Assembly: GCA_964016885.1 (NCBI GenBank)
Contig: OZ024753.1
Location: 3,720,001-3,784,000, forward strand
DNA length: 64,000 nucleotides
Direction: 5' to 3'
Origin: Eledone cirrhosa
Taxonomy: Eukaryota
In this document: one piece after another, positions 14,908-28,888 of the stretch
Position numbering within the stretch: position 1 is the first letter of the stretch
Layout: every line of letters starts with the position of its first letter
Notes under the pieces: generated by a model
The model's input: the letters and a program-made list of their open reading frames with translations, nothing else
Database searches by the model: none
What the model was told of the DNA's origin: nothing
Program-made: the position numbers and the translations under genes

Positions 14908-15466
14908 GTAATACTTTGGGAAGGTCATGCTGGAAATAACGACACACGATCGTGTTGGTTCTCACTTCAATTTATTATAAACTTTCAGATGGTTATTCTA
15001 TTTATTGTCATAGCTCTTTCGTCACAAATGGTGTGCGTGTGCGTGTGCGTGTGCGTGTGCGTGTGCGTGTGCGTGTGTGTGTGTGTGTGTTTTTGTGTCA
15101 CATGTATGTATAAAACGTGGTTTAATAAGCCGGTATCTTCAAAACGAATATTTTATGTAACATGTCATTATGGAAATCAAATATAATTTTGAGTCTGTAT
15201 ACACTATTACTTCTTAATTAAGAGCATCTTTAGGGCTTTAATTGACATATTTATATATATATATATATATATATACATTAGGTATAAATCGAAATTTTAG
15301 CTGTCACGCAGCAACTACTATTCGATTTCTTTGAGGCGATATAAAAACACTCAATGGAGTGAAAGTTACAAAACCTTAAGTCCAGAGTAACCACAACAAT
15401 TATAAAGTGTGACACCAAGAAAAACGACCAAAAGTACAGGCCATATATATATATCACAACAACGAT

Positions 15467-15500
<34 letters not shown>

Positions 15501-17047
15501 CGACTGGTTTCCGAATGGTCGCTATCGATCTAATTTCCTTGGTATAACAGAAAACACTTACTCAAGCTCAGAACCAAGAAAGACGTAGTTTCTTATCGAA
15601 ATTTTAATCACACAGTGATACCTATTCCGGTAATATATTGAGCTAATTTAATTAGTTTTCTCAAATCTTTGTTGCAATTTGCTTTAATATTTGCATTGCT
15701 GATTGACAAGCGTTGAAGAACGACATAAAGCAAATAAAGAAAGCCGTGACAAATTTCTCTTTAATATTCATTAAGAATCATCTTCCTGGGGCTATGAACG
15801 GACAATCATAGAAGGGTGGTGAAGAGCAATTTACTGCTATATTAACTTGAACTCTATGGACAAATGATTGAGAAGTCCACAATACAAATATTGATTTGTC
15901 ACAAGACCACACACTTGTAGTTTCGAACAGAAATCGATGGAAACAATCCTATAATAAGTGTGTTACTAACATTTTTATAATTGATGAGTCTCCGTCGATT
16001 TCGACGATGATCATTCTGATATTCGATCAACTGACTTTCCAGCTCGTGAATTAACTTGTAAATGATTGCCATATGTAACAAAACTGAATATCTGAATGGC
16101 AGGTAAAATTACTCGGGTTGTTTTTACAACTCCACCCATTATCAACGGTCAAATCGAAGCTATGGTATACTCCAAAAGTCTTTGGATAAATTCCACCGAG
16201 AAATCCAGGATAAACCTTCTACACATGGATATGACTCCGTAAACAATATCTCTCTACTTGAGTGAGCCATTGTGATCAAATCTTGAATTGAAAGCCTTCG
16301 CCAGTTGGTGCTAATGGCCTGGGCCAATACTTGCCGAAACCTATCGAAGTTATGATACCAAACAGTAGGATCGAACCTGATATCTCATGATATTCAAGAG
16401 AATTTCTTAAAACAACCAGCCATGTCTTAAACCATCCATTACCATAGTAAATAAATAACCGACTTCGTAACGATTCGAACTGAAGCCGATCAGGAATAAA
16501 CTGCATATACGATGAAGTTGTTTCCCGTGCTCCTGTCTGCTTGGCCAACACCACAATGTTTTTGTTGTTCGAATCAAATAAAGAACAAAAGAATTATTCA
16601 TGCCTGTGTTTCTTTCTCTTTTATTGCTCTACAAATACATACTGACTGACTAATGAAAACCTGTCTAAACAACTCTCTTTTATTCTATATGTGCATAGAT
16701 GTATATATATATATATTATATTTGATCGCGTATTTGGTGGTCTGGTACGATCGTTAAACCGTCAGATAGAATCTTTCACTACCTGTTTTTGCTTTCTGTT
16801 GTCTATGTACAAATCGCGCTGATATAAATTTTTGGCTCGATATATAAGAACTAGATTCTTTATTTCCTTTCAGTCTATCTTACACCTCCCACGCTCTAAC
16901 TCTCTTGAATAATTAGGCAGTGTTTCGCACTAGAGAGGGATGTGTTCCTCCGGGTTAAAAGGCCAGGAAATGTCATGTTAAATCAGCGTCCCTGCGTCTA
17001 CATTAGAATTTGAGGGCTGAAGGATCTGACACAAACGCGCGCGCGCG

Positions 17048-17083
<36 letters not shown>

Positions 17084-17454
17084 TACATACATATATACGT
17101 GCGTGTATTTTGGGCTATTGGTGTACTATGATACGTCGACTTCAAACTGTGCATATAAGTCATGGATTACATTAGAATATATGTATATGTACGTTCGTAT
17201 ATATGTTTTAACATGTGTAGGAGTATTTCTGTGTGTTTACATAATATACATGCCAGTGTCTCAATAGCTTGGTATTTGGTTTAACTGCTATACATGTTTC
17301 ATCATATATAAGAGTACATGTGTGCATATAATCGTGTCTCTCTCACACATTTGCATTACAGGTGCTTGTAGGTATACAGTAAATGTTCCTTTACAGTTTG
17401 CAGACGATTATCTGCAACTTTCTATGTTCTATGGATACGTGTGTGCTTAAGCGT

Positions 17455-17830
17455 TAAGCGTGTTAGTCTTGTAATCGTATGGTTGTTAAATCGCTTCTTG
17501 CTGACGTTTTGCGTCCTTGAGTAAGATCCTTTATATGGCGTTGTTCAAGTTCACGTAACTGGCAAACAATGCGTTGTACCTGTTATTCAAAATGTCAGCC
17601 TTGTTACACCATGTGTCACTACATCTACCTGAGACCTACATTAAAGGTATAGGTGTCAGTGGAATGCTAGGCTGCCAATTGTATGTTTCATTCACAAGAA
17701 GAGATTATGTTGCAATACGCTAAGCGTACACCTCTCCGTGGAACGCTCAGCTACTTAACGTTAACTTTACCAAATGACTGTTCCATTAATGGAATCAACT
17801 GGAACACTCGTCATCGGAAGCGACGGGGTT
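17455..17830 (+). mobile_element. Second SINE family (tRNA head, CORE-like domain), diverged
   Basis: gcgtccttgagtaagat core and a 3' part matching the reverse complement of 45860-46160. Confidence 0.7.
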
Positions 17831-18741
17831 AAAGACCACACCAAAACTATCTACACTCATATCTACACGAGTGTGTTTACATATCTAACTCTATATGTGT
17901 ACATACACATTTATATACATATGTATATGTAATTTTTCTTTACAAAGTACAAACGTCTCCGTTACCCGTATTTTTCTTTCTTTTGTTTAATTGTCTAAAC
18001 GTGTATAAAGTCATTTACTTTTTAACATAGGTGTATTTCAATGCAAAACGTTTATATGACTTTTTATATATTGAATTTTACAAGTATGTATCTGGGTTTG
18101 TAAGAACATATGGAGATAAAAGGATATATACTGATTTAAACCGATAAATGGATGACGTGACTGACAAACCTTTCAAGATTTAGCTGAAAATTCAAACATA
18201 ACATTACAAAGTTTGACGTCGTGGATTAAGAAAGGGCTTTTTAGTTCATTAAAAAATGGCTTCTCTCCCCTGGTTTCTCCAAAGATTGGATGGCTTCGCT
18301 ATATAATTACAAAATCGAAAATACACTATTTCAGCGTAAATTCCAATTGTATTTGTATATAAAATATTTAAGTTATGCAGAAATAATCCATTGTTTGAGG
18401 GTAATGAGATTCAGAGGTGAGGTATGTATTAGATTGATTTATGAGCCAGATCCAGTGTTTGTGGGTGTACGTCTGTAAGATAAATATAAACAATGCAATC
18501 TTATCTTGTAATAAATATGCAAATCCTGTTGAAACTAATATCATTCAAATCTCATTTATATATTAAAAATTCAATGAATAGTGAAGAAAAGGATTTCGTT
18601 GTAAACTCATTACTTATAATTTTGGAAACAAAAGTTTGTAAACGATAGTACAAGGTGTTACTAAAATTCAAAGTGCATTGATTTGCAGAAAAGACCAGTA
18701 TCTCTATTTCTATCTATCTACCGATTTCTCGTATATATATG

Positions 18742-19439
18742 GTGCTCTAAAATAGCGATGTATACCGAAATGTATGTATAGTATATTTGGCAATATACCG
18801 TATGTTTAATTAAAAACATTTAGAAGACCATATGCTATCAGTTTTAAAGTAGTGACTATGTCATATATATATGACATAGTCGTATATATACTTATATATA
18901 TATATGACTGTGTGATATATATACTTATATATATATATATATATATGACTGTCATATATATACTTATATATATATATATATATATGACTGTCATATATAT
19001 ACTTATATATATATATATATATATGACTGTCATATATATACTTATATATATATATATATATAAGTATATATGACTAGGTCATATATATACTTATATATAT
19101 ATGACATAGTCATGTATATATATATAAGTATATATCTTTAAGTCGTTTGGAAGCCTCGACAATGCAAATGGGTAAATCTCCGGGTAACAAGATCCGGTGG
19201 TGGAGAGAGAGATGTAAGTGGGTGTACGTTGAGATGCGTGGTGTGTATAAGACGTGTAGAGAAATATAAGTATATATATATGACATAGTCATGTATATAT
19301 ATCTATAAGTTTCTATATATGACATAGTCACTACTTTAAAACTGATAGAGTAAGGTCTTCTAACTGTTTTTTAATTAAACATACGGTATATTGCCAAATA
19401 TACTATACATACATTCATGTATACATCGGTATTTCAGAG

Positions 19440-19442
<3 letters not shown>
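18742..19442. repeat. Family G long fold-back (arms ~130 bp) with internal tandem units
   Basis: gtgctct...gactatgtc (18742-18862) is the reverse complement of ~19321-19442; internal atatgactgtcatatatatactt repeats; TA flanks. Confidence 0.85.
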
Positions 19443-19475
<33 letters not shown>

Positions 19476-19504
19476 TAAAATGAGGCTGAAAACAAAAGCT
19501 TCTT

Positions 19505-19555
<51 letters not shown>

Positions 19556-20539
19556 CTGTCTTTTCCTTGAGAAATAAATATGATTAAGTGCGATATATTT
19601 GGTGAGGAGTTACAAGCAGGATGCACTAAACGTTGAAAGAGAATGATCCATTAGATTTTGTAGAGAAGAAAGTTTGATCCATTGTGTAATGAATACTGAA
19701 CTGAACATTTACAACACGCTTCGTTGATTGTGTGCTTATTACAGATAAGAAATATGCAAACATAATAATAGTATGTTTTGATCGTGTGCTAAAGAATATG
19801 TGGTCGTAATCCTTGGGATAATACGAAGAGGAAGAATAATTTCAAACATGATCATTTCATTGTAATGTTATGGAGGGAGGAATTATGATTATAATGCTGG
19901 AAGAGTTTAGATAAAATATTAAGAAAATCAATTCTCTTACTGAGAGCAAAACTGAAAAATGGTAATAATAAAATGCACTAAAATAAAATAAATAAATATA
20001 AAAAATAAAATAAATAAGAATAAATAAATAGATAATAATAAATGAATAAATAAACGAAATCCATTTGTGAAACTCGGTAGGACAATAGTAAGAGGATCTG
20101 TTGGTTACTGCTGACAAGAAATCTTACAAAGGAAATCATTTATTGGCATGTAAAGCAAATCAGTGCAGATTAAAGTGAAAACGGGGATCCTTGTAACAGC
20201 GTGAACGAAGAGGGAAAATGTGATGAGGGAACCATTATTTGAGAATATGATGTATATGCGGTCGCGCGCGCGTGTGTGTGTGTGTCTTTGCGATCGTGTG
20301 TGTATGTGAATGTATGCGTGCTTTTTTAATTTGAGGCTTTTTATATAGGTAATCTTAAAAACATATAGGTTCTTTTGTTTTTCTGCTACTTAAAGGGAAC
20401 AAAACAAATAGAAAAGGGGAGAAGAAAAAAAATTGAGTTCATTGTCTTGAAGCAGTAGCTAATTAACTCAGTTTAATTAAGGGACTAATTTATTTCACGC
20501 ACGATAAGATTATTATTTTCTTTCTTGCTTTGTTTTCAG

Positions 20540-20554
20540 GAGGTTTTTAGTGAT
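20540..20554 (+). CDS. Candidate 15-nt microexon (EVFSD if phase 0)
   Basis: Branch-like ggactaat, long pyrimidine tract with TGC, ttttcag|GAGGTTTTTAGTGAT|gtaagt. Frame-preserving and in unique sequence. Confidence 0.35.
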
Positions 20555-20972
20555 GTAAGTGAAGTAGAAAGGTTCCTGTCAGAAAACCTAAGTGAGTTCC
20601 TTTCGTTTTTTACTGAAATGCATAGCATTTCTAAAACATGTGTCCATAATTTAGGATCAACTTTTGAGCAGGAAATAATCTTTCGTTTTAGAATATGTAT
20701 ATATAAAAACGGTACAAAAGGCGATGATGACGACAAAAACCACCACACGTATCACCATCACCAACATCATCACATTCAATAACTACCATCACCAACAACC
20801 ATCATCCCCAAATCAACATCTTCACCACTATTCAAACATCCTGGCTGCCACACACACACATGTATGTATGTATGTATGTATGTATGTATGTATGTATGTA
20901 TGTATGTATGTATGTATGTATGTATGTATGTATGTATGTATGTATGTATGTATGTATGTGTGTATGTGTGTA

Positions 20973-21003
<31 letters not shown>

Positions 21004-21037
21004 GTGTATGTGTGTATGTTTGTATGTATGTATGTAT

Positions 21038-21520
21038 GATGTCAGGTCACCAGTTGGTGCTACTGGTAACATGTATCCCAGTACAACCTGTCTCATGGTC
21101 GGGTCGTTGGCGACTAAACTGGCAACCCCACCAAGGTTTCTTGGTGAGGAGGGTGACTTCGGACATCCTGCAGGACTAAAAACAAAACCTGTCAAAGGGC
21201 ACAGGAGCTCTTAAGAGTCAATGGCCATCCAAAATCACCGGGAGAGATGACCCCTTAGCCTTTGTCAAGGCAGAATTCTAGGAGAAGAAAAATTCTGATA
21301 TGACACCTGCAACCCTGATGGTATCCAATGATGTTGACTTGTTCTTCTTTTGGTAAATATCATCTTGGTTAAGAGAGTGGGACTGGCTTTGTGCAGTGCC
21401 TTTGCTCACCATAAAAAGCTTCACGGCACAGGCATTGCTTTATATCTGGAGATCTCTCTGCACTTGTCCTCACATGGTACCATGGGCCCAGCATAATGTG
21501 TCAATAATTGTCACAAGTGT
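21038..21520 (+). mobile_element. Probable RTE-derived non-autonomous element or RTE 5' region
   Basis: GC-richer insert after (TATG)n with ctaggagaagaaaaattctga, reminiscent of RTE 5' UTRs; no ORF. Confidence 0.4.
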
Positions 21521-21816
21521 AGTGTTTGTACCAGAGTGTTCAAGTCGCTGGCTGGACTAAAAAGTCACACTCGTTCAGCGCATCGGTAGGGGTTCTCCTA
21601 CATGGATATAAAGTAGTGGCCGTACTCGAAAACGAGTTGGCAGCCACCGTGCGTGCGTGCGTGCGTGCGTGCGTGTGCGTGTGCGTGTGCGTGTGTGTGT
21701 GTGTGTGTTCGTCAGAGCGTCAGATAGAATGCAATGCAACGTTCTTATTTGCTCCCTGTGCTTTGAGTTAAAATCCCGCCGAGGTCTCATTTGCCTGCCA
21801 TTATTTTGCACTGTAA

Positions 21817-22018
21817 GGGCGGTGGATTGGCAGTATCAGTAGAGGGTCGGACGCCATGCTTTCCAGCATAGTTACGTCCCTTTACGATCCGAGTTCAAAT
21901 CCCGCCGAGGTTGACTTTGCCTTTCATCCTTACGGGGGTCGATAAATTAAAGTACCAGCAATGCACTGGTAAATTAAAGTACCAGTTAATTGCTGGCCTT
22001 GTGCCTAAAGTAGAAACA
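21817..22018 (+). mobile_element. Full-length tRNA-SINE with 16-bp TSD
   Basis: A-box-like tggcagtatcag, B box gttcaaatcc; TSD attattttgcactgta at 21800-21815 and 22019-22034. Confidence 0.92.
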
Positions 22019-22276
22019 ATTATTTTGCACTGTATGAATATGAAATATTAAGACGATTCTTTTATATTCTGTAGTCTGCTTATGAACTCCCTCTCGAGTT
22101 CTCTTTCTCTCTATTGCTATGGAAGAAATCGGCTGTTTCACACTAGGAAAGTGACGGACAATATATTCAATATAGCCAATATATTCAATAAGTTACGAGA
22201 AAACACCTACAAGTTTCCCTTCCCTGGTATTAAGAGCCTAAACTACTCACACACATATATATATATATATATATAT

Positions 22277-22468
22277 AGGAGCAAGTATGACCCCGACGGC
22301 AGAGCTCAAGCCGTTTCGACGGGTATTTTTAGTCCAGAAATAGCCGTCGAAACGGCTTGAGCTCTGCCGTCGGTGTCATACTTGTTCCTATTACCCACTC
22401 TACTACCCTAGGTATTGAGTACTTTGGTGCGTTACGGTCCATCTGGTTCCTTACCACAATTCCAACGT
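22277..22468 (+). mobile_element. Family C fold-back element with hammerhead 3' half
   Basis: Inverted arm, GAA-ACGGC-ttgagctct-GCCGT-C (22349-22371) and a unique tail; in (TA)n; many copies. Confidence 0.85.
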
Positions 22469-22476
22469 TATATATA

Positions 22477-22595
<119 letters not shown>

Positions 22596-22638
22596 ATATA
22601 TATATATATGTGTGTGTATATATATATATATGTGTGTG

Positions 22639-22669
<31 letters not shown>

Positions 22670-22748
22670 ATATATATATATATATATGTGTGTATATATA
22701 TATATATGTGTGTATATATATGTGTGTGTGTATATATATGTATGTGTA

Positions 22749-22817
<69 letters not shown>

Positions 22818-23448
22818 CTATATATTCGTACATTTATTTATTCAACTCTGTGTATAAGAATTTATATACATAAATATATGGATGCTTCTGCCAGAGATTA
22901 TGTAAAAATACAAAAACAACACAAAACAGCTTACATAATCGGAGATATAAGTCATTATTACACACAGATATACAGATACACAGAAAAGCACGTACCACCA
23001 CCGACAACATCGCATCATTGTTATCAGCACAACCTCCTGTTAATATCATTAAACTATGGCTTGGAAGAATTAGCAATACAGTAAATATATAAGACATATA
23101 TTTCAGACAAGTCTTCGACTGCTTAATCTTAAGTATTCACCTATAGCTAACTTAGTAACAGGACATATGATAATAGTGAACAGACGAAATAGCTGTATCT
23201 ATGCAACAATATGGACTACATAATATAATGATATCTAGTGAAATACTATGCAGATAAGCTCATAAAGGTATGTGTAGCATCATGTGTTTATACGTGTGTG
23301 AAATATTATTTCAGGCATATGTATGTATATATATATATATATATATATACACAAATGTATGCACGAATACATGTATGAATGTATACACACACCAATATAT
23401 ATATATATATATATCTATATGTGTGTGTATGTACGAATACATATATGA

Positions 23449-23489
<41 letters not shown>

Positions 23490-23636
23490 ATTTAAATTAA
23501 TAAAAACAGATAAATTTCACTGAAATATACTTAATCAATACAAATGTAATTTCGAAGCCATTGCCACAGAGGATTTCTGCGCAATAATAAGACTGGGGAC
23601 GTAGATGGTAATGATGATAATAGTAATAAACATAAT

Positions 23637-23670
<34 letters not shown>

Positions 23671-23774
23671 CATATATATGGGCAACACACACACACGTGT
23701 ATATATTACTCTATTTACTCTCTTGCGTGTTCCAGGCGATAAGCTGAGACTATATATATATATATATATATAGT

Positions 23775-23940
23775 GTAGGTAGTACGGTGAAGTATTGGTG
23801 TTGGTACCATATCAAACACTGTATGCACAGGCAGAGTGCATATAATAGAGAAAACGAGGAAGTTTCTTTTACATCTGAAAAATATTTATTGCTTATCGAC
23901 CTATTACGCGCGTTTCGTAGAGGATAGGCTCATTATCATT
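23775..23940 (-). mobile_element. Possible Penelope-like 3' end with degenerate minimal hammerhead
   Basis: Minus strand reads taatgag...cGAAACGCGCGTA, with palindromic stem III ACGCGCGT (23906-23913); abuts (TA)n. Confidence 0.45.
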
Positions 23941-23967
23941 ATAGAGGAATAATAATAACAGAATAAT

Positions 23968-24149
23968 TGTTTCAACTTTAGGCACAAGGCTAGAAATTAT
24001 TCCAGCGTATTACTGGTACTTTATTTTATCGACCTCGTAAGGATGAAATGCAAAGTCAACCTCGGCGGGATTTGAACTCAGATCGTAAAGGGACGTAAAT
24101 ATGCTGGAAAGCATGGCGTCCGACCCTCTACCGATACTGCCAATCCACC
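23968..24149 (-). mobile_element. Full-length tRNA-SINE with 13-bp TSD
   Basis: TSD ataacagaataat at 23955-23967 and 24150-24162. Confidence 0.9.
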
Positions 24150-24453
24150 ATAACAGAATAATAATATTAGATTACGTATAACGATATTTATTCAGTTCCA
24201 CACCACATAGCTACGGCATTACATCAAACCGAGCAGTTACACCACGAAGCTTCCTATAATTTGTCTACTGACTGCGTTTATGTTGGGACACTTCCGTTAA
24301 ATTTATCAAAGTCTGTTCAGTAATCTATTACTCCAGATTTTTCTTTATACTAGAGCTTTCTCAGTCATATTAAATCTAATGTTTGGCGACTTTACACTTA
24401 TGTGAAATGTATATTGACAGAAACAATATTTATGATTCGTACTTCTGAGAATA

Positions 24454-24508
<55 letters not shown>

Positions 24509-24689
24509 TCTCAGAAGAAGTACGAATCATAAATAGAGAGTTGATTCAGCTATAAGAAAGGAATTTGAAAATAACCCTGCCATTATATACTCAACAAGTG
24601 TCAACTAATGAAATAAAGCCAGCAGGAGGGGATGTTTACAACGACCTTCTCACACACCCTTATCTTGCAACCTCACCATTTTCTGAGTG

Positions 24690-24802
<113 letters not shown>

Positions 24803-25194
24803 GTGTGTGTGTGTGTGCTTTAATTCCTCGAAATCTTCATCAACACTCATGAACACCACACCCCGCAAACATCCAAATCTCTCTTATATATAGTCACACA
24901 TATCAACACAACCTGATCTCAATTTGACAATCGCCAACGACGAATGCGAGAAAATTCTTCCCAGCGAAGTCAACAAAGAACTTACTAGATCTACCAGTTC
25001 ATAATATTATCAAATTAAATCAAATTATTTAACACTACAAGTGAAGTCATTCTTTTCCTTTTTTTTTCAAATATTTATGTATGTGTGTGTGTGTGTGTGT
25101 AAATTCACACACACAGACACACATATAGATAGATATATACAGTCGTATACATAAATATACATACACATATATATGTATATAAATGTAGAGAGAT

Positions 25195-25360
25195 AGAGTC
25201 ATAACTTGACGTCTGAGCTCTTGCTGTTTCAACAAATAGTGCCAAAGTGGAACTAGCTGTGGAATTAGTAAGAGCTCAACCCTCGGGCCCCGATGCTTTA
25301 TGTTATAGCCATACTCTACGAAACCAAGTATAGAGTACTCTTTTGAATAACGGTCTAACT
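25195..25360 (+). mobile_element. Old diverged family C copy
   Basis: gacgtctgagctcttgctgtttc...gagctcaaccctcggg...ctctac...aagtatagagtact aligns by eye with family C. Confidence 0.55.
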
Positions 25361-25818
25361 AGTTTCACATTAGTTTTATTCTGATTTATAGACAGACAGA
25401 TATAGATAGAATGCCTTCATGTCAGTTTTAGGAATGGCTATCCCTTGATCTTTCTTTCATACTTGCGTGAGGAAAATATGAGTACTTAACCATGCAAAGA
25501 ACCTGGATTTATTTCGGCATATCCTGCAGCGACAGTTATAATATATGGCCATGCTCACAACACACACGTGATAGTCGTTTAGAATCAAGTGATAGCTGTG
25601 CTTGAGGCTATTTTATGTGTAAAGAGTCCTTGCACTGGACCATTCTCAAACTCAGAACAATAGAACAGGTCATCAGCATTGACAGCGATCGTGGCCAGGT
25701 TTTCATGAGAGTTTTCCTTCTCGTAGAAAGATATTCTAATAAGAACTACGGAACTATCACTCCAGGTTGGCTAACCACGTGATCAGGCACAAAATCGAAT
25801 ATTACTATCTTCCCTCGC

Positions 25819-25872
<54 letters not shown>

Positions 25873-25875
<3 letters not shown>

Positions 25876-25992
25876 CAAAGGAATTGTGGTAAGGAACCAG
25901 GTGGACCATAACGCACCAGAATACTCAATACTTAGGGTAGTAGAGTGGGAAATAGGAAAATGCATGACCCCATAGTGGTCATACTTTTTCCT
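25873..25992 (-). mobile_element. Family C copy truncated at the predicted cleavage site
   Basis: Tail runs to gacccc (25971), then a short inverted ggtcatactttttcct; (TA)n flanks. Confidence 0.8.
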
Positions 25993-26245
25993 ATATATAT
26001 ATTTTCCTATATATATATATATATATATATATATAATGTTTGGCGAGTTTAAAATTATGTGAAATGTATATAGACCTTGTGCCAAAAGAAGAAACAATTA
26101 TATTATATATATATAATGATACGTGACGTATCTTTACTAAAACACTGCCCCTATACTCGCTATATAACTATTAAGAAAAAATATCATTCGTAAACTGTAT
26201 ATGTATGTATATATATATATATATATATAGTCAAAAAAACCTCAC

Positions 26246-26282
<37 letters not shown>

Positions 26283-26288
26283 TATATA

Positions 26289-26392
26289 GTAATAATAATA
26301 AATTTGAAGACTAAAATCCAAAGAGGGCTCGATGCGTTAAGGGTGAAAGCAGCGATTCTTTGCTTAGACTTTAATCTGTTATTTTAATAAAT
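26289..26392. mobile_element. Family D rearranged copy
   Basis: Reverse tail fused to cgttaagggtgaaagcagcgattctttgctt. Confidence 0.8.
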
Positions 26393-26396
26393 ATAT

Positions 26397-26434
<38 letters not shown>

Positions 26435-26916
26435 GCTTATGTGTAAAATGTCATATAGAGAATATTAGACAAATATATAGATACACGAATAGACAGATAG
26501 AGAGGTACCTACAAATATATGTTTGTGTGTGTGTGTCTACGTATCTCTTGAAGTATGTTGGTTTTGCTAGGTGTGTGTATGTGTTTGGGTGGTTGATGTT
26601 TGTATACTGAAATAATATTCAAGACATATCATAATAAACATTACATTATAAATGTCCTCTCATATCAAACATATTTATGTGTGATGTCTGTATGACTGCA
26701 CTCGATTTTCTTGTTATTATCGTTAACTACGTTGTTGTCACTAGTGTTAATGTATGTTGTTCGCTACTTTGCATATATTATAGATATTCCACCCAACACT
26801 CAACCCAACCACTGATATATAGACGCACTAAACCCCATACACACTTACTAACTCACAAAAGAACTCAACTACACATAAATAATTTACGTCTATAACTTTG
26901 TATATATCGTACATAC

Positions 26917-26984
<68 letters not shown>

Positions 26985-27063
26985 CTATTTCTGTATAAGT
27001 TTTCGTATAAAGTAATGTGTGTATGCTCGCACAAACACACACATTCATAGATAGATATATAAA

Positions 27064-27094
<31 letters not shown>

Positions 27095-27108
27095 GTATGT
27101 ATATGTAT

Positions 27109-27152
<44 letters not shown>

Positions 27153-27369
27153 ATTATTTATTATTTTTTATTATTTATTTTGTTTTTACCTGTTTAGCTT
27201 AATTTGGGTGGTTAATGCCTTCTTGACTACCTTTTCAGGTTTGTATGGCTTTTTAACACATTGTTTAGCTCTGGTTTTTAACTATTGAGCACTTTGACAA
27301 TATCATTTCTAATTTTTTCATTTCGCTTCGCTTTTCCTGCCCGCCGAAATGAGAGTCTCGCTGAATCTT

Positions 27370-27375
27370 TATTTG

Positions 27376-27412
<37 letters not shown>

Positions 27413-27453
27413 GTATGTATATATATATATGTATATATATGTATATGTATATG

Positions 27454-27548
<95 letters not shown>

Positions 27549-27651
27549 GTATATATATGTATATGTATATATATGTATATGTATATATATATGTTTGTAT
27601 ATGTATATATATATATATATGTATGTATATGTATATATATATATATATATG

Positions 27652-27696
<45 letters not shown>

Positions 27697-27843
27697 ATAT
27701 ATATATATATATGTATGTATATATATATATATATATGTATGTATATATATATATATATATGTATGTATATGTATATATATATATGTATGTATATGTATAT
27801 ATATATATGTATGTATATGTATATATATATATGTATGTATATG

Positions 27844-27902
<59 letters not shown>

Positions 27903-27921
27903 GTATGTATATATCTGTATG

Positions 27922-27957
<36 letters not shown>

Positions 27958-28300
27958 CATACATACATATATATATATACATACATATATATATACATAT
28001 AATATACATATAATATACATATATATATATATGTGTGTATGTATGTAATATATGTATATGTGTGTGTATGTATGTGTGTGCGTGTAATATATACTTTCTC
28101 AGAAATCGATTGATTGATATTTGTTACTAGGTTTATCGACATACAATGAAATATATGTATGTGTATATATATATAAGTACATTATATATGTACATTATAT
28201 ATATGTACATTATATATATATAGATATATATGTACATTATATATATATATGTATATATGTATATGTATATATGTGTATATATGTATATATCTATGTCCGA
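27370..28300. repeat. (TA)n/(TATG) microsatellite array
   Basis: Directly visible. Confidence 0.95.
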
Positions 28301-28787
28301 ATGTATGTAGGCATACAGGTATATACGTATATAACCTAATACATTTTGTATGCTTCAGTGGTCAGCGACTCAAATATCAACCCCATGTGAAATCGGTTTT
28401 TTGCACTGTTTCGTCTGCTGTTGGATTTTGGCCAGCCAACAAAATGCAATATAAGATGGATAAATTATGTCTGGTCGAATGAACTTAGTGGAGGTTCTGT
28501 TCATCACAAAAACTTGACATTTGGCTGCTGTAGCAGGGTCAACAATACGATCAGTTCTCTTGTTTGAGGTTACCTTAAACCCAGACGCCCTACATAAACG
28601 GAATTTTTTTGCTGACACTGTTGTATATATGCGTATTCCGCCAATATCACAAATAAATCCAGCATAAGTAGAATTCATCGAGATTGTGAATGAATTGTAC
28701 TTCTCGGAACATATGTTTAACAGAAAGATACTCTAATGTAAAACTCGTGGAATCTCAAACTTCTGACCATCCCCAAGAAGGTTCAGC

Positions 28788-28888
<101 letters not shown>

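Noticed and set aside
21817-21910. tRNA gene (A and B boxes)
   Set aside because: It is the head of a multicopy SINE; no cloverleaf and the box spacing is interrupted.
28355-28775. 102-aa minus ORF or possible Tc1/mariner remnant
   Set aside because: Only an ~8-bp terminal inverted match and no recognisable transposase motif.
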